A DNA stretch of 58,516 nt, taken from IMG/VR virus record IMGVR_UViG_3300023179_000123, positions 1 to 58,516 of that record. One strand, 5' to 3'. The first letter of the stretch is position 1, and each line of letters begins with the position of its first letter. The DNA is from a virus. Its lineage: Duplodnaviria; Caudoviricetes. A program made the position numbers and the translations under genes. Shown piece by piece: positions 47,591 through 56,271 of this stretch. A model generated the notes under the pieces. That model did no database searches. It was not told the DNA's origin and saw only the letters and a program-made list of their open reading frames with translations.

Positions 47591-48121
47591 TTATTTGTAA
47601 AAAATATGGTTTCCGATAACTGCTACTTTTTCTTTTCGCCATCTAGGTTTAACATAATTGGCATGATAATACATAGCTTCGTTGAGAATTTCTAAGCGAA
47701 ATCCTTCCAACAAAACCTTTTTTGCTACAGCATAACATTCACTATACGAATCTTGGAATAATACCTTTTTATTTGCCTGTGGTTCACAGTACCAACTAAA
47801 TTGACACACTATTCTTTCCATAAAAATATTTTTTTGATAAATTACTTTACAAATATCGCTAGGGAAAATTCCTGATTCTGATCTATTAATAGTAACCTGT
47901 GCTACAGCTACCTTGCCTTCAAACGATTCTTTCCCTGCTTCAAAGTAAATATTTCTAGCCAAACATTCAAGTTGTCTTTCACGTTCTGCCATAGTAGTAT
48001 ACTTAGTTTCTACGTTTTCTGTTCTTAAATTTTCAAGTTTATAGTTTATATACTTCAAAAGTAAATTACCAACAAGTAAAGCAGAAAGACAAGTTAGTAA
48101 TATTTTTATTATTTTGTCCAT
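47591..48121 (-). CDS. SleB/Hydrolase_2 cell wall hydrolase with N-terminal anchor
   Basis: CLARNIYFEA..E...GKVAVAQVTINR...CQFSW...YYHA.YV.P.W...IGNHIFY. Confidence 0.9.
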   Translation of the reverse strand: MDKIIKILLTCLSALLVGNLLLKYINYKLENLRTENVETKYTTMAERERQLECLARNIYFEAGKESFEGKVAVAQVTINRSESGIFPSDICKVIYQKNIFMERIVCQFSWYCEPQANKKVLFQDSYSECYAVAKKVLLEGFRLEILNEAMYYHANYVKPRWRKEKVAVIGNHIFYK

Positions 48122-48130
48122 AGAATCTCC

Positions 48131-48156
48131 AACAGGGGGTATACCCCCTGTTTTTT
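48131..48156. terminator. Perfect hairpin with a T-tract on the + strand only
   Basis: AACAGGGGG-TATA-CCCCCTGTT-TTTT. Confidence 0.55.
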
Positions 48157-48421
48157 ACTGCCTAATTGGTTTTTCAGCCGATGGGATTTGTGAAACAAAT
48201 CCATTAAGCATATTTGCCTTTTTTATAACAACTTCTTCATGAGGAAAGGCTGGAAGATCTGGTTGGAGGGGTAAAGGTTCGCCGCGCTGTCTTGCATTTT
48301 CACAAGCGGTTTGCCAGTTGTTTTCTGATACTGTACGCTTAGCAAAATAATCCTCACTAAGCATGTCTTTCGACAACTTTAATAACTCTAAACGAATTTC
48401 GAATGGTGTCATATTACTCAT
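48155..48421 (-). CDS. Conserved phage hypothetical protein
   Basis: AGGAG RBS; MSNMTPFEIRLELLKLSKDML. Confidence 0.8.
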   Translation of the reverse strand: MSNMTPFEIRLELLKLSKDMLSEDYFAKRTVSENNWQTACENARQRGEPLPLQPDLPAFPHEEVVIKKANMLNGFVSQIPSAEKPIRQ

Positions 48422-48457
48422 TTACTTCTCCTTTGTGTTTGTGTGTAATAATAAAAA

Positions 48458-48703
48458 GGCAGTTCTTTGGGTAACAAGGTGAACTGCCAATGCCCCGTCA
48501 GGTTTAAGCGGCTAGCTTAAGGTCCTGATAAAAATAGTCGTCGTTTGCGTCTATTTGCTTTTGCTAGGATTACGTCCTTCGCCTGTCGAGCAGCCTCAAA
48601 AGATACTTTACAGTCAATCGATACCAATTCATCCCCCTCGTCTTGGAGATGCCGAGATTCGAACTCGGGTCTTGCCCAGATTTCTCAATTTTGGTTTACT
48701 GCT
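48458..48703 (-). ncRNA. ssrA: tmRNA, circularly permuted (two-piece) gene
   Basis: Acceptor piece first (T-arm CCGAG-TTCGAAT-CTCGG, then CATCTCC-A ending at 48644), 7-nt spacer, then GGGGATG from 48636 (G3.U70). Tag ORF 48548-48504 ANDDYFYQDLKLAA* follows ATAGAC. Confidence 0.92.
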
Positions 48704-49370
48704 ATTCTTTAGTTAATCTTTCATATTCGTTTCTATACAATAACAAATACTTAACCCAATTATCCCTTTTTTCAAAAAATACTTGCGGGTAATCATTTTC
48801 TACAGCAATGATTATAACTAATCTATTTATTGGAACACCGGTTAATTCTTCGTACATTATGGAATATGCTGCACATTGCATAAAGTATGAATGGATATGA
48901 TCTTTTTCTTTTCTTCTCGATGAAGTTTTAAAATCAATTACCGCCAATTTGCCTTTATACTCACCTATACAATCAACTGTACCAGAAAGGCGCAGGTGAT
49001 TAGAATACATTTGTTGTTCTTGACAATGAACATTATCTATGTTTTCTAGTATAGGTTGAATAGATAGAAAATTTTTAAGATCGAAAGGATTTTTAATTTC
49101 ACAATCTTCATTATTAATGTATTTTTCAACTATACTGTGTAATCTTGTCCCTCTACTGGCAGCCGTTTTTGAGATTCTTAACGCCTCAGCTTCTCCAACT
49201 CTTTTACGCCATTCTATAAGTCCTTGTTTATTGTGTAAAGAAAGAATTGTAGTAACTGAAGGATACTTATTGCCGTCAGGTGTTATATAGTATCTGGTAC
49301 CATCTGGTCTTGTTACTCTTTCCAATTTAGGTATGGGCTTCGTTGTCCCAACATGATAAAATTGCTTCAA
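48702..49370 (-). CDS. PD-(D/E)XK exonuclease
   Basis: YPSVTTIL...RGTRLH...GTVDCI...IDFKTS...YFMQCAAY. Confidence 0.9.
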   Translation of the reverse strand: MKQFYHVGTTKPIPKLERVTRPDGTRYYITPDGNKYPSVTTILSLHNKQGLIEWRKRVGEAEALRISKTAASRGTRLHSIVEKYINNEDCEIKNPFDLKNFLSIQPILENIDNVHCQEQQMYSNHLRLSGTVDCIGEYKGKLAVIDFKTSSRRKEKDHIHSYFMQCAAYSIMYEELTGVPINRLVIIIAVENDYPQVFFEKRDNWVKYLLLYRNEYERLTKE

Positions 49371-49373
49371 GTA

Positions 49374-50006
49374 CTATCCCTGCAATATTTCAATAGCATG
49401 ATTATAATGTTTAACACGATCTTCTAACCCAATGAAGCCGCCATTAATACGTTTTGTTATCATTTTTAAATCTTGAATATCTGCCAATTCATTTAATTTA
49501 TTAGAAGTCCAGAACCAACAGGCAGAATGAAGCGCATAATATGGTTGTGTTAGTACATCTGGGTTCTGAAGTAAGGTATCATCCTCAAACATAGCCATAC
49601 TGCATCTTTGATAATTTGATTTACCGGTAAGTTGAATCAGACCTCTGCCTCTATATCTATAGCCTTCGCCTGAAGCTTCAGGTCCATTACCCATTCTATT
49701 TGCATAAACCCGGTTAGCAATTTTTTCAGGTTGTCTGTGGTATTGTTGTGCAATCTCAGCAGTTGGGAAATATTTTGGGAAAACTTTTCTTAAACCATCA
49801 GCAGAATAATTTAAATTCTCAGATAATAAAGTGAAACCGCCAGATTCATGCGCACATTGGGCAATGAATGCAGCAGTTCTAGCAATATCATTAATCTCAT
49901 ACTGAGGCAACACATCAACTAATGATTCATACCATTCACTTAAATTTTTGACACGAGGTATAAGATGTTGTAGTTGTTCCTCAGTAAAATCGAAATCAAA
50001 TGACAT
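49374..50006 (-). CDS. Glycoside hydrolase 19 endolysin
   Basis: FIAQCAHESGGF, YRGRGLIQLTG..NY, ITKRINGG..GLEDR. Confidence 0.92.
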   Translation of the reverse strand: MSFDFDFTEEQLQHLIPRVKNLSEWYESLVDVLPQYEINDIARTAAFIAQCAHESGGFTLLSENLNYSADGLRKVFPKYFPTAEIAQQYHRQPEKIANRVYANRMGNGPEASGEGYRYRGRGLIQLTGKSNYQRCSMAMFEDDTLLQNPDVLTQPYYALHSACWFWTSNKLNELADIQDLKMITKRINGGFIGLEDRVKHYNHAIEILQG

Positions 50007-50382
50007 TGTTTTTCTCCTTAAAATCTTTTATAGCAGCCTTGATCGCATCCTCTGCCAATATGGAGCAGTGTATTTTAACGGGTGGTAACGCAAGTTCTTC
50101 TGCAATTTGAGTATTGCGAATAGTGCCGGCTTCGTCGAGACTCTTACCCTTGACCCATTCCGTAACGAGCGAACTAGACGCAATCGCTGAACCACATCCA
50201 TATGTTTTAAATTTAGCATCCGTAATGATTCCATTTTCATCTACCTGTATTTGTAGTTTCATTACATCTCCGCAAGCAGGTGCGCCAACCATGCCTGTAC
50301 CTATTCTTTTCACTTCTTTAGCAAAAGAGCCAACATTACGAGGATTTTCGTAGTGATCTAATACTTGAGAAGAGTAAGACAT
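49996..50382 (-). CDS. iscU: Fe-S cluster scaffold IscU
   Basis: Start MSYSSQVLDHYENPRNVG at 50382; GAPACGD, GCGSAIAS, LPPVKIHC. Confidence 0.96.
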   Translation of the reverse strand: MSYSSQVLDHYENPRNVGSFAKEVKRIGTGMVGAPACGDVMKLQIQVDENGIITDAKFKTYGCGSAIASSSLVTEWVKGKSLDEAGTIRNTQIAEELALPPVKIHCSILAEDAIKAAIKDFKEKNNVI

Positions 50383-50383
50383 T

Positions 50384-50704
50384 TTATGCAGCGAAAGATG
50401 AGCCACAACCACAAGTAGTTGTAGCGTTAGGATTTTTGATTACAAACTGTGCAGATGCTATATCTTTTTTATAATCTATTTCGGCTCCATCCAGATAGGA
50501 CATGGACATGGCATCAACTAATAATTTTACCCCATCTTTTTCTAATACAAAATCATCATCACCTTGTTTTTCATCAAATGTAAAACCATACTGAAATCCC
50601 GAACAACCTCCGCCCTGAATAAAAACTCTTAAAGGTGATGATTCATTTTCTTCTAATTGAACTTGTCTGATCTGATTGAAGGCTTTGTCTGTAACTGTTA
50701 ACAT
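50384..50704 (-). CDS. erpA: A-type Fe-S carrier ErpA/IscA
   Basis: [11 protein letters not shown] and [14 protein letters not shown]. Confidence 0.92.
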   Translation of the reverse strand: MLTVTDKAFNQIRQVQLEENESSPLRVFIQGGGCSGFQYGFTFDEKQGDDDFVLEKDGVKLLVDAMSMSYLDGAEIDYKKDIASAQFVIKNPNATTTCGCGSSFAA

Positions 50705-50850
50705 TATTCTACCCTAGTATAATTGAGAATATTACCGACACCATATTGGGCTTCTCCGAGCATTTTAGCTTCATAATCATTATTTGCCCAAATAATAGTT
50801 TCTGCAGTTTGTAAACTATTTATTCTTACCCAAAGTTTATATTTGTACAT
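50704..50850 (-). CDS. 48-aa hypothetical protein
   Basis: Below the ORF-track cutoff: [53 protein letters not shown]-coupled to erpA. Confidence 0.75.
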   Translation of the reverse strand: MYKYKLWVRINSLQTAETIIWANNDYEAKMLGEAQYGVGNILNYTRVE

Positions 50851-50858
50851 TTTAAAAT

Positions 50859-50886
50859 AATAATAGGGCCATCTGACCCTATTATT
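50859..50886 (-). terminator. Hairpin downstream of phoH
   Basis: AATAATAGGG/CCCTATTATT stem followed by ATTTT on the minus strand. Confidence 0.55.
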
Positions 50887-50890
50887 TATA
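50883..50890 (-). promoter_or_regulatory. T4-type late promoter TATAAATA
   Basis: Exact consensus in the gap after phoH, upstream of small ORF-erpA-iscU-endolysin. Confidence 0.7.
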
Positions 50891-50895
50891 CCTCC

Positions 50896-51636
50896 CTAAT
50901 TGCCATATTGTTCTTCGTAATTCATCCTAGCTAAGATATACTCTTTTACAATTTGAGATCTAACTATATCATCCACTCCAAATTCGAAAGTTTTAACTGA
51001 TGGCATCATATCTGCGATGACCATAAATTTTTTGAGACCAGACATATCTGTTTTCTTATATAAATCAGTTTGTCTAAAATCTCCGCAGAAAATAATTTTT
51101 GATCTTTCCCCTATTCTAGTGAATATTGAGTTAAGTTCCATATCTGTCATATTCTGGCATTCATCAACTATAATTATAGCGTTATCTAATGTAATACCTC
51201 TGACAAAAGATGTTATTAAAAATTGAATCGCTCCTTGTTCTGATAGTCGTTGATAAGCATCATGTCTTCCAAATAGATCATGACATATTTCTATATAGGG
51301 TTCAGTATAGACTTCTGTCTTTTCTTTTTCGTCACCTGGTAGATGACCAATATCTCTACTTGGAACTGCTGATCTTACAATAACTACTTTTTCATATGGA
51401 TTCGATCTATCAAGCACCTCCTCTAATGCGTGATATAATGCGATAAATGTTTTTCCTGTTCCAGCCACACCATGAAGTAGCATGACTTTTGATTTATTAT
51501 AATACTCGAAAAATCTCCTTTGATTTTCTGTCAATGGCTCAATTACTTTTAACTGATCTAGTCTTATCTTTAGTTTATTATTAGCTAAAGTAAGTTGAGG
51601 CTCAGATTGTAATTGAAATTGTTTTTGTTTTGCCAT
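50896..51636 (-). CDS. phoH: PhoH-family ATPase
   Basis: GVAGTGKT, IGHLPG, VRGITL, IIVDECQN, CGDFRQTDL, DIVRS; start MAKQK after GAGG. Confidence 0.95.
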   Translation of the reverse strand: MAKQKQFQLQSEPQLTLANNKLKIRLDQLKVIEPLTENQRRFFEYYNKSKVMLLHGVAGTGKTFIALYHALEEVLDRSNPYEKVVIVRSAVPSRDIGHLPGDEKEKTEVYTEPYIEICHDLFGRHDAYQRLSEQGAIQFLITSFVRGITLDNAIIIVDECQNMTDMELNSIFTRIGERSKIIFCGDFRQTDLYKKTDMSGLKKFMVIADMMPSVKTFEFGVDDIVRSQIVKEYILARMNYEEQYGN

Positions 51637-51713
51637 GTAGCCCTCGTAAAAAGTAAGCGAGGACAACAGAATTATCTATTGTCCTCCAGGAGATGAATTG
51701 TTGAAAAAGTCAT

Positions 51714-51974
51714 TTATCGTCTAGATAGTTTGTTCGCCAAGTTACTTCGATAATTGTTACTATGTATCTTAGACAGAACTTCTCTAAAACCATCGTCAAC
51801 CGTTTTGACTCCTAGACGAACCGAGTCTCCTATAGCGGCGGATGACGACTGAAAATGGGTTTGATTATTTTTAGATTTACATTCTGGACACTCTTGATTT
51901 GTTCTTTCAGTCATAGAACAATATAAGTTAAATACGTGTCCACAATCATCACACTTTAGATCATAAAATGGCAT
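51714..51974 (-). CDS. FmdB-family zinc-ribbon protein
   Basis: MPFYDLKCDDCGHVF...CPECKS; start at 51974. Confidence 0.85.
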   Translation of the reverse strand: MPFYDLKCDDCGHVFNLYCSMTERTNQECPECKSKNNQTHFQSSSAAIGDSVRLGVKTVDDGFREVLSKIHSNNYRSNLANKLSRR

Positions 51975-52512
51975 AGGTTTCCTGCATAAAATTTGGTATA
52001 GGTCGTTTTTTCCATGATGCCAAATGCTGCTTGGCACCTACGTAATAATTTATATATGATCTGATGCTATCTCCAGTAACCTTATATTGATCAGGCATAG
52101 CAGGAGTCGGTTGAGTAAAAGGGCCTTTAGGAATATTTATCGGATAAGGATAAAAATGTGTCATCAATCTTTCTGCTGAATGATGTTTACCATATCTATG
52201 GGTATATTCTTGTAGGAGGTAAAACCAAAGCCTGTACAACCATTTATAATTTTCATTAGATGCTCTAGTCCAAATACCCGAAGGATGGAGAATATGGCTT
52301 GCCTTCCATAACACATTTTCTCGTTCATCTGGTAATAACCAACGTTTAATATTTCTATTGTTGGCAGTCTTACCATAATATTCTTTGCCGTCTAGTACTC
52401 TATGGGCAGTAGACATTAGCTGCCCATATTCTAGAATCATTTTTACAACATGTTTATCATTATGCAGTTTAGCACACTCTGCAGGATCGGGGTGCAGATA
52501 AAAAATATTCAC
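51961..52512 (-). CDS. DenV-like pyrimidine dimer glycosylase family protein
   Basis: MNIFYL...A..H.DKHVVKMILEYGQLMSTAH...HPS..W...EYTHRYGK.H. Confidence 0.75.
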   Translation of the reverse strand: MNIFYLHPDPAECAKLHNDKHVVKMILEYGQLMSTAHRVLDGKEYYGKTANNRNIKRWLLPDERENVLWKASHILHPSGIWTRASNENYKWLYRLWFYLLQEYTHRYGKHHSAERLMTHFYPYPINIPKGPFTQPTPAMPDQYKVTGDSIRSYINYYVGAKQHLASWKKRPIPNFMQETYAIL

Positions 52513-52844
52513 ATATACTCCCTTAAAGGAATTTCTTCAACATTAGATAAAATTTTAGTTATAAGTTTTTCAGCAATGAAGGAAAATAATTTACTTTCCC
52601 TAGCTTCTCTTAATGAGTTTATTATAATGATAGGATCAGTTTTTGTCAAGTTATCTTGACAAACTTTAAAAGATAGGTTACCAAAATGGTTAACTACTAA
52701 AATAGTTATTTCTATTTCCTCGTCTGTATACAAGGGAATTTTATAACCTTTAGTGACGTTGATATCTGGAAATTTATATAATTTAGCTGGCATTTTTTTG
52801 CGAGTATATTTGTATTTATATCTCGCATGCCTTTTTAGTCCCAT
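52509..52844 (-). CDS. Hypothetical protein
   Basis: Tightly packed in the operon. Confidence 0.65.
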   Translation of the reverse strand: MGLKRHARYKYKYTRKKMPAKLYKFPDINVTKGYKIPLYTDEEIEITILVVNHFGNLSFKVCQDNLTKTDPIIIINSLREARESKLFSFIAEKLITKILSNVEEIPLREYM

Positions 52845-53461
52845 AATCCCCGATAGTATTTTCCAAATAGGCGAAGTCCGTTATCAATACGTTTTTCATG
52901 CGCATCCAAACCTTCTCTATCAACTTTGATAGCCTCCATATGATCTTTAAAATTATCAAATTTTTCTGTAGGATGCGTATAAAATTGTTTAGTACTATCT
53001 TCCATAGCACATTGTTCAAATGTCCAGATTAATTCCTCCATCACCCAATCCCAACGCTTAAAATGATTTTCATCTACGTCATAATCATTTTCTTTTGGGG
53101 GAGCAGCAGTGGATTTAAGATGTTCAGGGACATCCTCATCATCAACTTGGGGAGCACCATGTTTGGTTGCATGAAGTTGTTTAAGCATGGGGACAATAAT
53201 CATTGCAAGGGTATGATCCATACCCCACGTGTCCCATTTATCAATATGAATTTTGATATTACGTTGTCTTTTGCTTTGAACCCACTCACAGAAATCATTT
53301 ACCCAAGTAGATGCCAACCACTCTGATAACTTATCATGTAGGCGATAATCCCAACGTTTTTCTAGTTCGTCGCTTGGATATTTCTCGTGCCAAAAGAACA
53401 AAGCATCGACAATTTGATATGGGCCGACCCAATTTTTATATGGACCTATTTTTACTTTCAT
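52835..53461 (-). CDS. Conserved phage hypothetical protein
   Basis: IHIDKWDTWGMDHTLA.II.PML.QL...GLRLFGKYYRGLWD. Confidence 0.8.
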   Translation of the reverse strand: MKVKIGPYKNWVGPYQIVDALFFWHEKYPSDELEKRWDYRLHDKLSEWLASTWVNDFCEWVQSKRQRNIKIHIDKWDTWGMDHTLAMIIVPMLKQLHATKHGAPQVDDEDVPEHLKSTAAPPKENDYDVDENHFKRWDWVMEELIWTFEQCAMEDSTKQFYTHPTEKFDNFKDHMEAIKVDREGLDAHEKRIDNGLRLFGKYYRGLWD

Positions 53462-53772
53462 TTTTGTATAGCTACTCTAAGTAATTGAACTTGATCTGAA
53501 GGCGCAATGTAAACATGAGCCATATATTGAGTTTCATATGTTTTTGGATCTACAAATTTTGTAAACTTTATAAAATTATCTTGAATCAGTTTATTCGCAA
53601 TAAATCTTGATAATTTTTCTTTTATTTCTTCAGCTGGATTATCACTAGTTATTGTGGCCAAAGCAGGTTGAGTATATCTAGCAGCTAATAGTTTACCTTG
53701 AATGGGTATGTCTTTATATGTATAACTTATCTCAGAATAATCATCCTTATACTGATTTGGCCAATTCATCAT
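53458..53772 (-). CDS. Hypothetical protein
   Basis: GAGGAG RBS; ATGA coupling to the next gene. Confidence 0.7.
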   Translation of the reverse strand: MMNWPNQYKDDYSEISYTYKDIPIQGKLLAARYTQPALATITSDNPAEEIKEKLSRFIANKLIQDNFIKFTKFVDPKTYETQYMAHVYIAPSDQVQLLRVAIQK

Positions 53773-54178
53773 TTACTTCTCCTCTGAATACTCTACATTT
53801 CCAATGTCCATAGTCTGTTTGTGACAACGTATAGGTTAAATTCTTTAAGCCTTTTAATTTATCAATAGAAGATATTTGAAGATTTGCTATTAAATATGGA
53901 TCCTCTACATCACCGATTGCGAATTCATGTAAAAACTCTCCATGAGATTTTTCTTCTTCCTTTTTAGGATCCCTTAATAATTTCCATGTATCATTAAAAG
54001 CCTCAGATAAACTATTATCAATTAATTCAAATTGATCTGATAATTCGTATAAAACTGTTTTTATTTCATCCTTCGACATTTCCTCAGCAGAAATACTTAA
54101 TGCCTTAAGCATTTTAATTCTAGTATGTAATTCCATGAGATTAGTTTCAAGAGTAGAAAGTGGTCTTTGTAATTTCAT
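53747..54178 (-). CDS. Hypothetical protein
   Basis: ATGA-coupled to the ligase gene. Confidence 0.7.
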   Translation of the reverse strand: MKLQRPLSTLETNLMELHTRIKMLKALSISAEEMSKDEIKTVLYELSDQFELIDNSLSEAFNDTWKLLRDPKKEEEKSHGEFLHEFAIGDVEDPYLIANLQISSIDKLKGLKNLTYTLSQTDYGHWKCRVFRGEVNDELAKSV

Positions 54179-55506
54179 TTAATCCTCTTACTATCATCAG
54201 CAACATTTTTATCTTCGCGTAATTCAATAAAAGTCGGCAAGAATAAACTTTCTACGTTGCCACCTTTGTCCTGAATACGAGCATTATATTTGACTGTGGC
54301 AATCTTTCCTACAGTATAGTCAACCGTAAATATATCTCGTTGTTCATCGGAATACCCTGAACCAACATTTACTCGAATCGCACCATCCGCTGATTCACAA
54401 ATTAATGCGCCAAGACGATTTTTATTCTTACCAGTACCTTTTTCCCAACCAACAATCATTAGATCGCATTCAAGTTCTGCTTTAAATTTAACTTGATCTT
54501 TACTTCGTTTGTCTTCCCAAATACCATGCATGGACTTAAGAATAATACCTTCTTGCCCTTCATCCAAAAACTTATTAAATAACTTATCTGCAGTATATTG
54601 ATTATCTACTACAATAGTTTCCACAATGTTAATTAGATTCTTAAGAGCAGACTTTTTTTGAAACTTAGCATGTTTATCAACTAATTCGCTGAAACGAGTC
54701 TTGTATGGAACATTGTATTTGCCTTCGAGAAAACCATTAATAGGAATCACATCCCATAAAGTAGCACGAACCATCTCGCCTTCTTTTTGAGACTGGGTAC
54801 CTTTAATTGCTTTGGTAAGAATACCATTGCCTGTTTTACGATCAAGTGGTTTGCCTGCACTATCAACAACTAAAAGCTCACCATCAAATACACAATCAAT
54901 ACCGTAAACTTCTGCAAAGTGAATAAATGCTTTACCAAATAAATCTGAAGCAATATCTAATTGTCTACCATTGCGACTTCTAAATTCTACTTTTCCACCA
55001 CGGACGATAGCGTTGAAGCGCATGCCATCCAACTTAAGCTGGACATAGGACGGGAATCCAATTTTATCGACAAGCTTCTGTTCGAATCCAGAAGCCAACA
55101 TGACTGGGTAGGTTTTGATAAGACCCGGCCAGATTTTGTTGATAGTGGGTTCACCGACTCCGCAACGAAGGTCTTGTTTGATGATCCTCTCAATAACGCT
55201 GGCATCTTTTTCATTTAGCGATTCCAAAATATAGGTTAGGTGTTCAATGGCGGCGTTGCCTGTCTTTTTACGAGTAGCGAATTCTTTTTCAAGTTCATTC
55301 ATTGCCCAATATAAGGTCGGAACAGGGATATAGACTTTGGATTGATATACTGGGATTTTTCGAATATAAAAACTAATCATCGGATCATATGCTAAACGAA
55401 ATGCATTTTTAAGTACATCGTTGCCAGCATGTTGCCGAAGAATCGCTTCTTTGGCAAGGCGCGAATTATCTGCAGCAAGAGCTTCTAGAATTTCAAATAC
55501 GCTCAT
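54175..55506 (-). CDS. gp30: ATP-dependent DNA ligase gp30
   Basis: KLDGMR motif I, FDGEL, EGIILK, LFLPTFIELREDK. Confidence 0.95.
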   Translation of the reverse strand: MSVFEILEALAADNSRLAKEAILRQHAGNDVLKNAFRLAYDPMISFYIRKIPVYQSKVYIPVPTLYWAMNELEKEFATRKKTGNAAIEHLTYILESLNEKDASVIERIIKQDLRCGVGEPTINKIWPGLIKTYPVMLASGFEQKLVDKIGFPSYVQLKLDGMRFNAIVRGGKVEFRSRNGRQLDIASDLFGKAFIHFAEVYGIDCVFDGELLVVDSAGKPLDRKTGNGILTKAIKGTQSQKEGEMVRATLWDVIPINGFLEGKYNVPYKTRFSELVDKHAKFQKKSALKNLINIVETIVVDNQYTADKLFNKFLDEGQEGIILKSMHGIWEDKRSKDQVKFKAELECDLMIVGWEKGTGKNKNRLGALICESADGAIRVNVGSGYSDEQRDIFTVDYTVGKIATVKYNARIQDKGGNVESLFLPTFIELREDKNVADDSKRIK

Positions 55507-55517
55507 TATAGTACCTA

Positions 55518-55655
55518 TTAAGAATAAAATACGTTAGCTTGTTTGTTGTTCTTTATTTTGCGTTTATACGCAGTCTTATCCTCTACAATACGAGGACGAT
55601 ATTTTGGCGTACGAAGATCTTTTGCTACAGGATTACGTCTTTTTACGGTTTTCAT
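55518..55655 (-). CDS. Small basic protein resembling ribosome rescue factor ArfA
   Basis: True start lies downstream of the promoter and GGAGA RBS: MKTVKRRNPVAKDLRTPKYRPRIVEDKTAYKRKIKNNKQANVFYS*. Confidence 0.6.
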   Translation of the reverse strand: MKTVKRRNPVAKDLRTPKYRPRIVEDKTAYKRKIKNNKQANVFYS

Positions 55656-55676
55656 CATCTTCTCCACTATTTCATT

Positions 55677-55705
55677 ATTATATAGTAAAATGATAGCCGT
55701 GTCAA
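55677..55705 (-). promoter_or_regulatory. Consensus sigma70-type early promoter
   Basis: TTGACA-17 nt-TATAAT. Confidence 0.88.
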
Positions 55706-55735
55706 CCGAAGGGTTATACATTATTTGCTTATTTT

Positions 55736-55927
55736 TTAAGCATGGAATGGTTGGATTTCAGTATTCACACCAAACGTTACAGATGCAAACGTGTGGTGCT
55801 CTTGTAAAATTCTATCTTTTTCTTGTTCCAATCTAGTTAGAGAATCATACACTCCAACAATTAAATTTTTTCTTACCCGGCCCTTTTTATCGTTCCATTT
55901 TGCTTCCAAAATATACAAATGTTTCAT
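55736..55927 (-). CDS. Hypothetical protein
   Basis: ATGA-coupled in the operon. Confidence 0.7.
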   Translation of the reverse strand: MKHLYILEAKWNDKKGRVRKNLIVGVYDSLTRLEQEKDRILQEHHTFASVTFGVNTEIQPFHA

Positions 55928-56271
55928 TTAATCATATCCTCTAAGGTAATGGAATCACCTGGTTGAACTTCAGCAATATGTTCCCATGTAGTAACATTAT
56001 CTGAAAACAAATCTACAATTTGAATAGGACTAAGTGCTTGGATATTTCCAGTAGTGTAACTATGGGTTGAATTCATACTTCCCCCACCTGTCAACACAGT
56101 ATATTGATTGGAGTTAAAAATACTAGATGAGGATAATGTATTTTTACTCGGAGCGTCTATCATTTTAAAAAATTTATCAACAGCATTTTCTAAGTCTTCC
56201 TTGAAATAGATACTCGAATCCTCATACGCGAATTTTTTCTGATCAGAATCAAACTCAATTTTGAACTTCAT
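55924..56271 (-). CDS. Hypothetical protein
   Basis: ATGA-coupled, GAGG RBS. Confidence 0.7.
   Translation of the reverse strand: MKFKIEFDSDQKKFAYEDSSIYFKEDLENAVDKFFKMIDAPSKNTLSSSSIFNSNQYTVLTGGGSMNSTHSYTTGNIQALSPIQIVDLFSDNVTTWEHIAEVQPGDSITLEDMIK

Noticed and set aside
48644-48680. Standalone tRNA
   Set aside because: No anticodon arm; the T-arm and acceptor strand belong to the permuted tmRNA
48702-49370. Cas4 or anti-CRISPR module
   Set aside because: Lacks the C-terminal Cys cluster of Cas4; ordinary phage PD-(D/E)XK exonuclease with no array nearby
51636-51716. Readthrough fusion of the FmdB-like gene into phoH
   Set aside because: The two ORFs are not in frame, and phoH has its own RBS
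52816-53019. Same-strand alternative-frame ORFs (also 21542, 36358, 44660, 50028, 52164, 54987, 56282, 56512, 57824)
   Set aside because: Nested in recognised genes without RBS or protein-like motifs
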